The translations under genes and the position numbers were made by a program. From Thermoplasmatota archaeon (GTDB lineage: Archaea > Thermoplasmatota > Thermoplasmata > Thermoplasmatales > Thermoplasmataceae): a stretch of 64,000 nt of DNA. The DNA is taken from positions 16,879 through 80,878 of the forward strand of contig JAMDBT010000047.1 of the NCBI GenBank assembly GCA_023487205.1. Reading direction: 5' to 3'. The notes below the pieces were generated by a model. The model was given only the letters and a program-made list of their open reading frames with translations, was not told the origin of the DNA and did not search any database. Shown here one piece after another: positions 18,176 to 27,308 of this stretch (positions are counted from its first letter, which is position 1; each line of letters starts with the position of its first letter).

Positions 18176-19891
18176 TCAATGGAGTTCGCGCCTCAGAACC
18201 TTTCCCACCATGGTCTTCGGAAGTTCGTCCCTGAATTCCACGAATCGCGGGATCTTATACGGAGCAAGATATGCACGACAGAATTCCATAATTTCCTCCG
18301 GCTTGACGTTATCCCCTTTCTTGACAACCAGAAAAGCCTTGACGCTTTCTCCCCTGTATTCGTCTTTCACGCCCACCACGGCCGCATCCAGGACTGCGGG
18401 ATGCTTGTATAAAACCTCCTCTACCTCCCTGGGGTAAATATTGTATCCGCCGGCTATGATCAGGTCCTTCTTACGGTCGACTATGTACACGTAGCCATCC
18501 TCGTCCATCCTTGCCAGGTCACCAGTATGCAGCCATCCATCCCTCAACGCCTTATCAGTTTCCTGCTGGTTGTTCCAGTAGCCTTTCATGACCTGCGGTC
18601 CGTTTATGACAAGCTCCCCTATCTCGCCTACGGGCAGGTCCCTGGTACCGGTTTCCGAGTCCACTATTCTTTCATAAGTGTTCGGGACTGCGAGTCCTAC
18701 TGATCCGATACGGAGCCTACCCTTGACCGGGTCTGTAACACCTATGGGATTGATATTTGCAACCGGGGACGTCTCGCTGAGACCATATCCCTCAGAGAGC
18801 CTGGTTCCAAACTGAGTCTCGAACTTCTTTTGTAACTCATCGGGAAGCGAGGATGCACCTGAAAGGCAGAGTTTTATGGAGTTGATCTTGTATTTCTGAA
18901 CGTTCGGGTAGTTGACAACTGCGTGATACATTGCCGGAACCCCTGGAAATGAAGTGGGGGCGTGCTTATGGATGCTTTTCACCGTCATGGTGATGTCTCT
19001 CGGATCAGGAACCAGGATTATCGTGGATCCCTGCAGCAAAGGCAGCAGCATGGCGCTCATCATTCCATAGACGTGGAAATACGGAATGGAGGCTAGAAAT
19101 TTTATCTCCTCCCGGAACTCTTCAGGTATCCATTCCTGTATCTGGTGCAGGTTGGAAATGAGGTTATGGTGAGTCAGCATTGCACCTTTCGGAATTCCGG
19201 TAGTGCCTCCTGTGTACTGCAATAGGGCAACCTGATCCTCCGGGGCTACCTTTGTTTCCGGCAGTTCAACAGCCTTGCTCTTTCCGGAATACATGAATAT
19301 ATGTGTTCCCCGCGGCAATATGGGTTTGGTTTTCTTGATCCTCCGGGACAAAGAGTAGAGTGCGCCCAAAACTCCAGGCAGATAGTCCTCGACCCTAACA
19401 ATGACAATCTTCTTGACGATCTTCGGGTGAAGCATCTGCACCTTGTCAGCAAAATCATCCAGTACAATGACTAAATCTGCGCCGGCATCCGTTAGCTGGT
19501 ACTCGAGTTCATGCTTTGAGTAAATTGGGTTGGTCTGCACTATAGTAGCCCCCGAACGAAGAAGGGCAAAGAAGAAGATAATGAACTGGGGGATATTTGG
19601 CAGCATCAGGCTTACACGGTCTCCCTTCTTCACACCCAGTTCGGACAGGAATGATTGAGCAGAAAAGACTTCCTCCAGCAGTTTCCGATAGGTTATCTTG
19701 TTCCCGAGGAAATCGATGGCCACATTATTTCCGTACTTGTTTGCAGACTCGTCAAGTATGGAATGGACCGTCCTGTCCGGTATGTCAATATTTCTCTTTG
19801 CCCAGTCTGGATAGCTCTTTTGAAGAAGGCTATCGAATTCCTGTTTGTAAGAGGCATCCAATTTCATGCACCCATGGTAAATACATGGCAT
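18176..19891 (-). CDS. AMP-dependent acyl-CoA synthetase (long/medium-chain fatty acid-CoA ligase family)
   Basis: LQYTGGTTGIPKGAMLTHHNL (AMP-binding signature), ..GYGLSETSP.., ..GWLHTGDLA.., C-terminal ..PKTMVGKVLRREL. Confidence 0.9.
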   Translation of the reverse strand: MPCIYHGCMKLDASYKQEFDSLLQKSYPDWAKRNIDIPDRTVHSILDESANKYGNNVAIDFLGNKITYRKLLEEVFSAQSFLSELGVKKGDRVSLMLPNIPQFIIFFFALLRSGATIVQTNPIYSKHELEYQLTDAGADLVIVLDDFADKVQMLHPKIVKKIVIVRVEDYLPGVLGALYSLSRRIKKTKPILPRGTHIFMYSGKSKAVELPETKVAPEDQVALLQYTGGTTGIPKGAMLTHHNLISNLHQIQEWIPEEFREEIKFLASIPYFHVYGMMSAMLLPLLQGSTIILVPDPRDITMTVKSIHKHAPTSFPGVPAMYHAVVNYPNVQKYKINSIKLCLSGASSLPDELQKKFETQFGTRLSEGYGLSETSPVANINPIGVTDPVKGRLRIGSVGLAVPNTYERIVDSETGTRDLPVGEIGELVINGPQVMKGYWNNQQETDKALRDGWLHTGDLARMDEDGYVYIVDRKKDLIIAGGYNIYPREVEEVLYKHPAVLDAAVVGVKDEYRGESVKAFLVVKKGDNVKPEEIMEFCRAYLAPYKIPRFVEFRDELPKTMVGKVLRRELH

Positions 19892-20147
19892 AGAATATCA
19901 ATTGTCGCTTTTACTAAGATTGCCATTTTTGGATTATGTCAGTGCAAGCAATTCGAATGAAAAGAAACTCCTCTGATCGAATATCCGCAATTTCCAGTTA
20001 ACAGGCAGAATTTCAAGCTGCCGCACTGGTTGTCTAATTCCCATTGATTGGACAAAAAAAATAATCCTTATTCTAGGGCTCTTGGCCAGGCCAGGGACTC
20101 ATAACGGTACTTCACCAGAATCTTTCTGCAAACTCGTAGTTACCTGA

Positions 20148-20329
20148 AGACAAGAGATAACGACCAGCGTGCTGGAGAGGATCAACCTGGAGATCAAGAG
20201 AGGGGCCAGGAAGCGTGGTGCACACTTCCCTGAGAGAAACCGCTGCTGAGGGTTATGTGCTCAATATCGATGGGCATCCACGAGGAGTGGAGAACGGGAA
20301 GGAAATCCCATGTGGAGGAGGAAGGTTAA
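20148..20329 (+). pseudogene. C-terminal remnant of an IS256/Mutator-type transposase, with at least one frameshift
   Basis: One frame reads ..EITTSVLERINLEIKRGARKRGAHFPERNRC*. A second frame continues LLRVMCSISMGIHEEWRTGRKSHVEEEG*. Together these match the conserved C-terminus (T-N-x-LERxNxEIKRR..FP....RL.....E.HEEW..GR.Y). No intact N-terminal part is present. Confidence 0.6.
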
Positions 20330-20362
20330 GATCTAACAGGACCCTTTCGAATTTACAGCAGT

Positions 20363-22303
20363 TCATGTACGCGCCTTCACTCCCTTCCCATTGGCCGTGA
20401 CGCTTACCTCATAAATTCGGCTCCGATACTTCAGGTTCTCAACGGACATGCTGCTCCAACCGCTCGGAAGTACCGGATTGAAGTTACCGGCAATTCCCTG
20501 CAAACGATCCTTTCCGTCGGGGTTGATGCCAAAGAGGCCCTCTATGACACACTGAACAAATATCGCAGAAGACCATCCCTGTGCAAACTGGCCAGTTTCC
20601 TCTCCTGTCACATCATTGTAGGTTTCATTGATCCTTCCCGGGTCCCGGCTCCCGAAAGCCAGCCTGGGAAACGTCGAAAGCGACGCAAAGGCCTCTCCGG
20701 GAAGGGAGTTCGCGTATGCCGCCAATACGTACCAGCCCGTCATCAGGGGCCAAACAGTGCCCCTGTGATAGCTTCCGTCATACATCGCATCAAGGCGAGA
20801 CATGGATCTTGTTCCCCATGGCGTCTGCATGTCTTCTCCAGACATGTCCCTGACCAGGAATTTCATGTCAGCATTCCGGAAGTAAATCGCAGGAATGAGT
20901 TCCATAGGTGATCTTACACATCGTCGCGCCCCCTTCTCAACAGAGTCATAAACGGTCAGGCCTCCTCCATCATGAATGAAGAATTTCTGCAGAAACCTAT
21001 TCAACAGGGATGAGTGATCGTTTCTGCCCTGCAAATCATCTGTTTCCAAGAGTGCTTTCGTCCATAATGCGTTGACATCTATGCATGCACCGTCTCTCCT
21101 GTCTGCCCAGGATTCCGGCCATCCTATGAGGCCGTCCCTGAAACTGTTCTCAACCAGTCCATCCCTGTCGGTATCACATCTCCTGAGGAAATCCACAACC
21201 TGATCAATCTCACGCTTCCTGGGTCTTGTTCCGTGCCACTTCACATTCTTCAGGTGTGATATGATCCACAGCGGGCTGCTGTCAATGGACATGTACCTTG
21301 AGGTGAGCCCGTTTGACGCAATCTGGTCGGTATCCGGAATCCGTGTGTCGGCGGGGATCTCATGCGGAATCCTGCCGTGGCGAGAAAAATTCCAGAGCAG
21401 GGAGAGATGTTTTTCAGAAAGTTCCTCCAACCCACATTCGGAGGCGGCCATGGAAATCCACTCGCCATCCCTGCCGAAGAACCATGAAAATTGGGGAAGC
21501 CCAGCATACCAGCCATATTCCCCGCCTGCGTCCGTGAAAAGCTCAAGGAGATCATGTTTGGCCCAGAGGAATGCCTTGTTGAACTCAAACGAAGGGGTCA
21601 CCAGCTTGCAGTATCTCTCGACACTATGATGATACTCCAGCGTTCCTTCCAGCACAGAGTCCGTGAATTCCGGGCCTTCGCGTGAAATGGCAAGGGTTAC
21701 CGTGTCCTCGAGGGGAAAATCCACCCTCAGATGATTTTCCCGGTTCTCAAATCTTGGAGTAACTCCCTCCACCGAAATTATCGTTCTCCCGACGCTGCTT
21801 GTGATTTCCATGGTCCTGTCACCTGGCACTGAGCTGTAACCTTCAGGAATGTTCGAGTCTGGCCACGCGTTAAGATGGTCAATGTCCATTTCAATGGATA
21901 TATGTGTAGGAATGTCCGGCGTGAACACCATTACCACGGCATCCTGATCCCAGGGAACAAAGTCAATTCGGCTGAAGTCTCCAAACTGTCTAAAAATATA
22001 ACCAAATCCCCTGACCATCTTAACGAAGCTTGTCCCGCTTTCCCCCAAAGTGCTCGTGACCTTCAGGTGTGAGACATGCCTGGTTTTGACCCCCCATATC
22101 CCGGTACGAACCCTTGAATTGGAAACCAGGGCAGAATTCCCGTCCATTCCAAGGATAGAATGTCCTCTAAGCCCCTTGATCAGAGTCATCGTGTCATTTC
22201 TGAAAACTGCAGAACTTCTTTCCCTTATCCAGGCATGATAAACCCTGAGATTGTCCTTCTCCGTAAGGGTCCTGGACTCCCGGAGAATCTTTTCAACGTT
22301 CAT
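20363..22303 (-). CDS. glycogen-debranching-enzyme-like glycoside hydrolase (GDE_C / amylo-alpha-1,6-glucosidase family)
   Basis: 646 aa. ..GWYAGLPQFSWFFGRDGEWI.. and a C-terminal (alpha/alpha)6-type region ..YHRGTVWPLMTGWY... Confidence 0.8.
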   Translation of the reverse strand: MNVEKILRESRTLTEKDNLRVYHAWIRERSSAVFRNDTMTLIKGLRGHSILGMDGNSALVSNSRVRTGIWGVKTRHVSHLKVTSTLGESGTSFVKMVRGFGYIFRQFGDFSRIDFVPWDQDAVVMVFTPDIPTHISIEMDIDHLNAWPDSNIPEGYSSVPGDRTMEITSSVGRTIISVEGVTPRFENRENHLRVDFPLEDTVTLAISREGPEFTDSVLEGTLEYHHSVERYCKLVTPSFEFNKAFLWAKHDLLELFTDAGGEYGWYAGLPQFSWFFGRDGEWISMAASECGLEELSEKHLSLLWNFSRHGRIPHEIPADTRIPDTDQIASNGLTSRYMSIDSSPLWIISHLKNVKWHGTRPRKREIDQVVDFLRRCDTDRDGLVENSFRDGLIGWPESWADRRDGACIDVNALWTKALLETDDLQGRNDHSSLLNRFLQKFFIHDGGGLTVYDSVEKGARRCVRSPMELIPAIYFRNADMKFLVRDMSGEDMQTPWGTRSMSRLDAMYDGSYHRGTVWPLMTGWYVLAAYANSLPGEAFASLSTFPRLAFGSRDPGRINETYNDVTGEETGQFAQGWSSAIFVQCVIEGLFGINPDGKDRLQGIAGNFNPVLPSGWSSMSVENLKYRSRIYEVSVTANGKGVKART

Positions 22304-22319
22304 GCCGACCGATGCAGGA

Positions 22320-23390
22320 TCACTGTTCCGGTTCCAGAAGCGGTTCCTCGCTCAGTACTCTTCCTTCTTGCTTCCCGTCCTTGTCAAAAAGGTAAATTCG
22401 TCTCCTGTCCGCATACAGAGTGGTCGTCTTTCCCTCATTGACGAGGCTGGAGTCGTTTATGTGCACGTAGAAATACACCAGTTCATTTCCCATTTCAGAC
22501 TGCACCAGAACCTCGTTCCCCAGAAGATTCTTCATCAGCACCTTCACTTCAATGGATATGATGTTTGCCGAGTCCTTCGGTTTCCTCACGAACATTGCTC
22601 TTGGCCTTATCCCGGCATATGTATGTGTCTCCGCTTCAAGGGCCCTCTTTGCCTCTTCTGATTCCAGGATGTTCATGGATGGGTTGCCCACAAAGGATGC
22701 CACGAAGGTATTGACAGGGCTATTGAATATTTCCATTGGATGCCCCACCTGTTCAATCGTTCCGCTCCTGAATATTGCTATGCGGTTTCCAAGAGTCATT
22801 GCCTCCAGCTGATCGTGGGTGACGTAGACCGTGGTGACTCCGGTTTCCATATGTATCCTTTTCAGCTCAAACCTTACGGCATCTCGAAGCTTGGCGTCCA
22901 GATTGCTCAACGGTTCGTCCATCAGGAGAAGCTTGGGATCCTTGACCAGTGCCCTTGCAATGGCTACTCTCTGCCTTTCGCCCCCGGAAATTTGGTGAGG
23001 CTTCTTCGCAACAAGATGGTCAATGGCCAGGAACTTTGAAATCTCCTTGACCTTGTCCCTGATGTACTGCATTTCCCTATGGGCGATTCTCAAGGGAAAT
23101 GCTATGTTCTCGAAAACAGTCATATGGGGGTAGAGTGCATAATCCTGGAATACCATGGATATGTTCCTCTTGCTTGGCGGTCTATCACTGATGTCTTCCC
23201 CATCCATGAGTACTTTTCCGGAAACCTGTCTCATAAGTCCAGATATTACCCTGAGCGTGGAGGTCTTTCCACAACCCGAAGGTCCAAGCAATACAAAGAA
23301 GTCCTTGTCATCGATGTAAAGGTTCACATCCTTCAATATTTCATTTTTTCCAGCCGTGAGATATATTTTCTCAAGTTCCAGTGTTGTCAT
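22320..23390 (-). CDS. sugar ABC transporter ATP-binding protein (MalK/UgpC-like)
   Basis: Walker A GPSGCGKTS, signature ISGGERQRVAIARAL, Walker B LLLMDEPLS, C-terminal regulatory domain. Confidence 0.93.
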   Translation of the reverse strand: MTTLELEKIYLTAGKNEILKDVNLYIDDKDFFVLLGPSGCGKTSTLRVISGLMRQVSGKVLMDGEDISDRPPSKRNISMVFQDYALYPHMTVFENIAFPLRIAHREMQYIRDKVKEISKFLAIDHLVAKKPHQISGGERQRVAIARALVKDPKLLLMDEPLSNLDAKLRDAVRFELKRIHMETGVTTVYVTHDQLEAMTLGNRIAIFRSGTIEQVGHPMEIFNSPVNTFVASFVGNPSMNILESEEAKRALEAETHTYAGIRPRAMFVRKPKDSANIISIEVKVLMKNLLGNEVLVQSEMGNELVYFYVHINDSSLVNEGKTTTLYADRRRIYLFDKDGKQEGRVLSEEPLLEPEQ

Positions 23391-23408
23391 ACCATCATCT
23401 CCCCAAGT

Positions 23409-24230
23409 TCATTTCAACGCCCCGGCAATTATGTTACTTCTCATGTATTTCTGCAACACCAGAACCAGGACGATGACCGGAATCGTCATTATGAGCGAGA
23501 AAGCGTCATCCGCCGGCAATCCCCCAATTCCCCTGGCCACGTTCTGGTAGATCAGCACTGGTATGGTGGTGTACAGCGGAGATATGAGTTCTGCAAGTAT
23601 GAACTCGTCCCAGGAGAAAAGCCAGGCAAGAATAAAGGCTACAAAGATACCTGTCAGTGCTAACTGGAGGTCTATGTAGAAGAATGCCTGGAACTTACTT
23701 GCCCCATCGATTTGTGCGGACTCTCCCAGCCTGGGCGGAATGCTGCGAAAAGCTCCCACCAGAACGTACGTCACCAGCGGAACTGCTATGGAAGATTGCG
23801 CTAACGCAATGCCCAATGGGTTATTGATAAGGTGCAATCTTGCCATAGCGCTCGCAAGCGGGACTCCAATTTGTACTTCCGGTATCATCTGCGTAACGAA
23901 CAGAAAAATAATCACCAGGTACGACGCTTTCCTTGGCATCTTCGATATGGTGTAAGCCGCAGGTGCTCCCAGGGCGAGGGTTATTCCGGATACCATGAAA
24001 GCCACTTCCAGGCTCAGGAAAAAGTGAGGAAGGAAATTGTAGTTGTTCAGGACGACGATGAGAGAATAGGGAGAAATGCTGGTCGGAATCAGTGCGGGGC
24101 GAGGCCTGAATATTTCCGAGGGCGGCGCGAAAGCGACGAGGAATATGAGATAGATTGGGAACAAGACAAAAACGGCCACGATTGCCATGGCAAGGTACCA
24201 AAGCGATTTCTTTGCGATTTCTGTTTTCAC
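23409..24230 (-). CDS. sugar ABC transporter permease (MalG-like)
   Basis: 273 aa with 6 TM segments and an EAA-like loop (ESAQIDGASKFQAFFYI). Confidence 0.9.
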   Translation of the reverse strand: MKTEIAKKSLWYLAMAIVAVFVLFPIYLIFLVAFAPPSEIFRPRPALIPTSISPYSLIVVLNNYNFLPHFFLSLEVAFMVSGITLALGAPAAYTISKMPRKASYLVIIFLFVTQMIPEVQIGVPLASAMARLHLINNPLGIALAQSSIAVPLVTYVLVGAFRSIPPRLGESAQIDGASKFQAFFYIDLQLALTGIFVAFILAWLFSWDEFILAELISPLYTTIPVLIYQNVARGIGGLPADDAFSLIMTIPVIVLVLVLQKYMRSNIIAGALK

Positions 24231-25093
24231 CTGTTCACGTCCCCTAATTTTCCCGAAACATAGACGTATATGACAACGAACATAAGCACGATTGCGAGAA
24301 GTACGGTCGCAGCCGCTGCCGACATGTTGGCTGACCCCAGCGAGAACGTTTCGTATAGGTTGAAAGAAAATGTGCCAAGGAATTGAAGGTTGGATCCGAC
24401 GAGAATCAGCGGAAGGGATAGTATGTTGAATTCAGACACGGCCCTGATAATCATTGCGATCATAATAAAAGGGTAAAGGTTTGGCATCGTGATCCTCCTA
24501 AATTGCTGCAACGGGGTGGCTCCATCCATTGCTGCTGCCTCATACTGGCTCTCCGGGATCATTTGCAAGCCTCCCAGAAGGATGAGCATTATGAGGGGAA
24601 AGGTTTTCCAGGAATCGGCCAAGGCGACTGAAACGAACGCATAATTTCCAAGAGTCCAATCAATCTGATGGCTGGAAAGTCCAATGCCGGTGAGGAATTC
24701 GTTGGCATATCCGTTCGTGGCCGTGAAAATGAACGAGAATGCAATTGCCGAAACGACAGTTGCGACGCCGTAGGGAAGCATCACAATCGACCTGAAGGCC
24801 GATCTCCCTCGAATGGACCTGTTAAGAAGTAGCGCCGTAAACAATGCAAGGAAGAACTCAATTGCGAGCGCAAACGGTACGTAAAGAAAAGTGTTGAAAG
24901 TCACGGTCTGAAGGGATGGAGTATAGGTCTGGAGTTGTTGGTAGTTATACAGGCTATATTGCCCTAGGAGAAGGAACCCACTGTTCACTCCCACTATGAT
25001 TGGATAAATGTTCAGCAGTCCAACAAAAATTAATAATGGAAGTATAAAAATTACTTCCATCAGGTTATTCTTTAGTTGCCTCACTATCTGCAT
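24227..25093 (-). CDS. sugar ABC transporter permease (MalF-like)
   Basis: 288 aa with an EAA loop (YEAAAMDGATPLQQFRRITMP). 4-nt overlap with the downstream permease gene. Confidence 0.9.
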   Translation of the reverse strand: MQIVRQLKNNLMEVIFILPLLIFVGLLNIYPIIVGVNSGFLLLGQYSLYNYQQLQTYTPSLQTVTFNTFLYVPFALAIEFFLALFTALLLNRSIRGRSAFRSIVMLPYGVATVVSAIAFSFIFTATNGYANEFLTGIGLSSHQIDWTLGNYAFVSVALADSWKTFPLIMLILLGGLQMIPESQYEAAAMDGATPLQQFRRITMPNLYPFIMIAMIIRAVSEFNILSLPLILVGSNLQFLGTFSFNLYETFSLGSANMSAAAATVLLAIVLMFVVIYVYVSGKLGDVNR

Positions 25094-25108
25094 TAACGCT
25101 CCACCGGA

Positions 25109-26530
25109 TTATGTTGGTCCTGTATAGTCTCCGGTGGGGTAGATCGCCCCCGCAGCGTACTCAGAGGGATACGATGTTGACGAATAGTATATCTCCAGAT
25201 AGTTGTACATGTTGGCGTGCGCAGTGTTCAGCGCCGTAGTTACGTTGCCTCCGGCCATTATTACTGCCCAGGCACTGTCAAAGTAATTGTCCCACTGGGT
25301 CATCCAAGGCACTGCCGGCCTGAATATGCCATGCGCTTCCTCAAGCTGGATCATTTTGAATGGAAGCCCGCTTGCTGCGCTGGAGTTGTAAGCTGCAGTG
25401 TTCACGACGGGCCAGGTGAGATTCTGTAATAGCTGTGTCTGTACGCTGGCCGAGTCAAGGAACTGGATATAATGGGTGGCAGCCCAGAGGTTTGAGGTGT
25501 GGTTTACGATACCGAGCACATCGCCTCCAACGATGAACTGGGAATCATTATTGGGCCCTGCGAAGACCTGGTTGATCCCAAGGTTGTGGGTAGAACTCTG
25601 GGTGGTGTTGTTCCAGCCGAGACCTGACATGGTCGTTGTGATGTAGGGCCACTGATCTATGTACTGGTACGAATTCGATGCAAGCCCCTTATAGCTGCCC
25701 CAGTAGCCGGTGCTGTAATGCGGAGACATAAGACCCTTGTTTTCCATGTTCTGAAGGAAAGTCAACGCCTTGATATCGCCGGTCGTGTTGAAAGCCATGG
25801 GATTTCCGTTAAATTCGGCCATCCACTGGAATACTTGTGTTGGAGTGCTTGCACCCTGGTGGCCCTGCATGTTGAATGGTTGAGCATATCCGCTCGAATT
25901 CAGGGCTTCCATATCAATCATGAGGTTGGTGGTGTTCGTCGGTTGCGGAAGAACTAAGTGTTTAAGCGTCCCGACTGCCGTGAGGGCAGACTGGTTGTAA
26001 TAGGCTAGCTGAACATTTCCTCTGATGGGGAAGAAATAGTATGTACTGCCAAACATGCCCTCGTGGTAATACGCAGGTATTATGGATCCGTATGACGAGG
26101 GAACGGACGATGTGTTGCCTGTAATCGGCTCAAACTGGGAAAGATAAGGGTTCAGTGGCATCACGAGTCCGCTTGCAACAAGTGGCCCCGTGAACCCATT
26201 GTCCTGCTGAACTACGTCAATGGTAGGGCTGGTCCCCTCAGATTGTAACGTTGATACGACAGAGGTCGCCGATTCGGTGGTGAACTGCAGAGTCAGGTTT
26301 GGATAAGCCTTCTCGAATTCGGGCAATATTGTATTCTGGTAAAACTTTAACTCGCTTCCAGATAGGGATATGTTCACGGTAAGGGTTTGCTTGGCGTGAG
26401 GACTACTTGAGAGTACAAAATAAACTCCCGTCCCCGCCACTATGAGTATTACAACAATTATTCCTATTATTGCATACTTCAGTTTTGCCTTTTTTTCACC
26501 CGTTGGGGCTACTTCGGATGCATTATTCAT
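25109..26530 (-). CDS. extracellular solute-binding protein of the ABC importer (N-terminally membrane-anchored)
   Basis: 473 aa, first gene of the operon, with one N-terminal TM segment (YAIIGIIVVILIVAGTGVYFVL). Ser/Thr/Asn-rich. The family call rests on context and weak motifs. Confidence 0.75.
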   Translation of the reverse strand: MNNASEVAPTGEKKAKLKYAIIGIIVVILIVAGTGVYFVLSSSPHAKQTLTVNISLSGSELKFYQNTILPEFEKAYPNLTLQFTTESATSVVSTLQSEGTSPTIDVVQQDNGFTGPLVASGLVMPLNPYLSQFEPITGNTSSVPSSYGSIIPAYYHEGMFGSTYYFFPIRGNVQLAYYNQSALTAVGTLKHLVLPQPTNTTNLMIDMEALNSSGYAQPFNMQGHQGASTPTQVFQWMAEFNGNPMAFNTTGDIKALTFLQNMENKGLMSPHYSTGYWGSYKGLASNSYQYIDQWPYITTTMSGLGWNNTTQSSTHNLGINQVFAGPNNDSQFIVGGDVLGIVNHTSNLWAATHYIQFLDSASVQTQLLQNLTWPVVNTAAYNSSAASGLPFKMIQLEEAHGIFRPAVPWMTQWDNYFDSAWAVIMAGGNVTTALNTAHANMYNYLEIYYSSTSYPSEYAAGAIYPTGDYTGPT

Positions 26531-27134
26531 TGCATAAAACTCATGCAGGTCATCGTATAAATACTTGATTCGAAAAACTATATTGCTGAAGTAATGTCTA
26601 GCAAATTATAATTATCCGCATGATTTCTTGGTGGAAATTCGAGTTGAGGGCAAATCCTTTTCCTTTGCGGCAAGAATCAATACGCATGACTGACATTTTG
26701 AAGACAATGGATATGTCCGATAGGGGACAAAGGGGGAGAAAGCCACCATGCGTATGGCTGTGAGTTACATACATACAACCGAACTTTAGATCGGGGAACT
26801 GCAGCGGCCGGGAAAGTGGTTATACCTGGAGATGTAAACATAACCAGGGTGCGTTGTGCTGACAACAGTGGTTCCAAGGTTCCTCCGGCATTGGTTTTGT
26901 TGGAGGAGCCTGGCAACGCTGTGATTGGGGGCATATCGAAAGATGTACGCATGAAAGGGTTACCATTTCCACGCAAGATGGTGAGGGCAGGACAGCGTAA
27001 TCAAGTTGAATTACATATTCACTGTAACAAATGACACAATTCTGAAGACCGTCCTGTATCTGATCAGGGAAAAGGGGCAATTGGTTCTGAAAGAGATTAT
27101 CAGGAAACTACGCGGCATGATTGCCTGACAAGAA

Positions 27135-27208
27135 CGGGTCCGGAGGGGTTCGAACCCCCGACCTATGGATTAAGAGTCCATCGCTCTACCTGGCTAAGCT
27201 ACGGACCC
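27135..27208 (-). tRNA. tRNA-Lys (anticodon CUU)
   Basis: The reverse complement folds as GGGUCCG / GCUU..GAGC / AUGGA-CUCUUAA-UCCAU / GGGGG-UUCGAAC-CCCUC / CGGACCC-G. No intron and no encoded CCA. Confidence 0.9.
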
Positions 27209-27308
27209 GAGCGGACTGGATATGTAACTCCGGATTAAAATATTGTCACGAACCATGCTGGGGAAAAAACCCACACCAACACCTGGCTCCTTCATCAAAG
27301 GCATCAAT

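Noticed and set aside
20215-20400. 61-aa ORF in the spacer upstream of the glycosidase gene.
   Set aside because: It is one of the frames of the decayed transposase remnant and runs into the end of the glycosidase gene, so it is not an independent gene.
23079-23663. 194-aa plus-strand ORF.
   Set aside because: It is antisense to the ABC ATPase and permease genes, which have unambiguous motifs, so it is a shadow ORF.
26816-27034. 72-aa ORF containing ..RVRCADNSGSKV..AVIGG..KD.., which is reminiscent of the ribosomal protein L14 motif (ADNSGAK..IGD..VK).
   Set aside because: Similarity is limited to one short motif and loose spacing. The rest does not align, a bona fide rpl14 exists at 41047-41445, and the ORF overlaps two other dubious ORFs. 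It is most likely chance or at best an unrecognisable relic.
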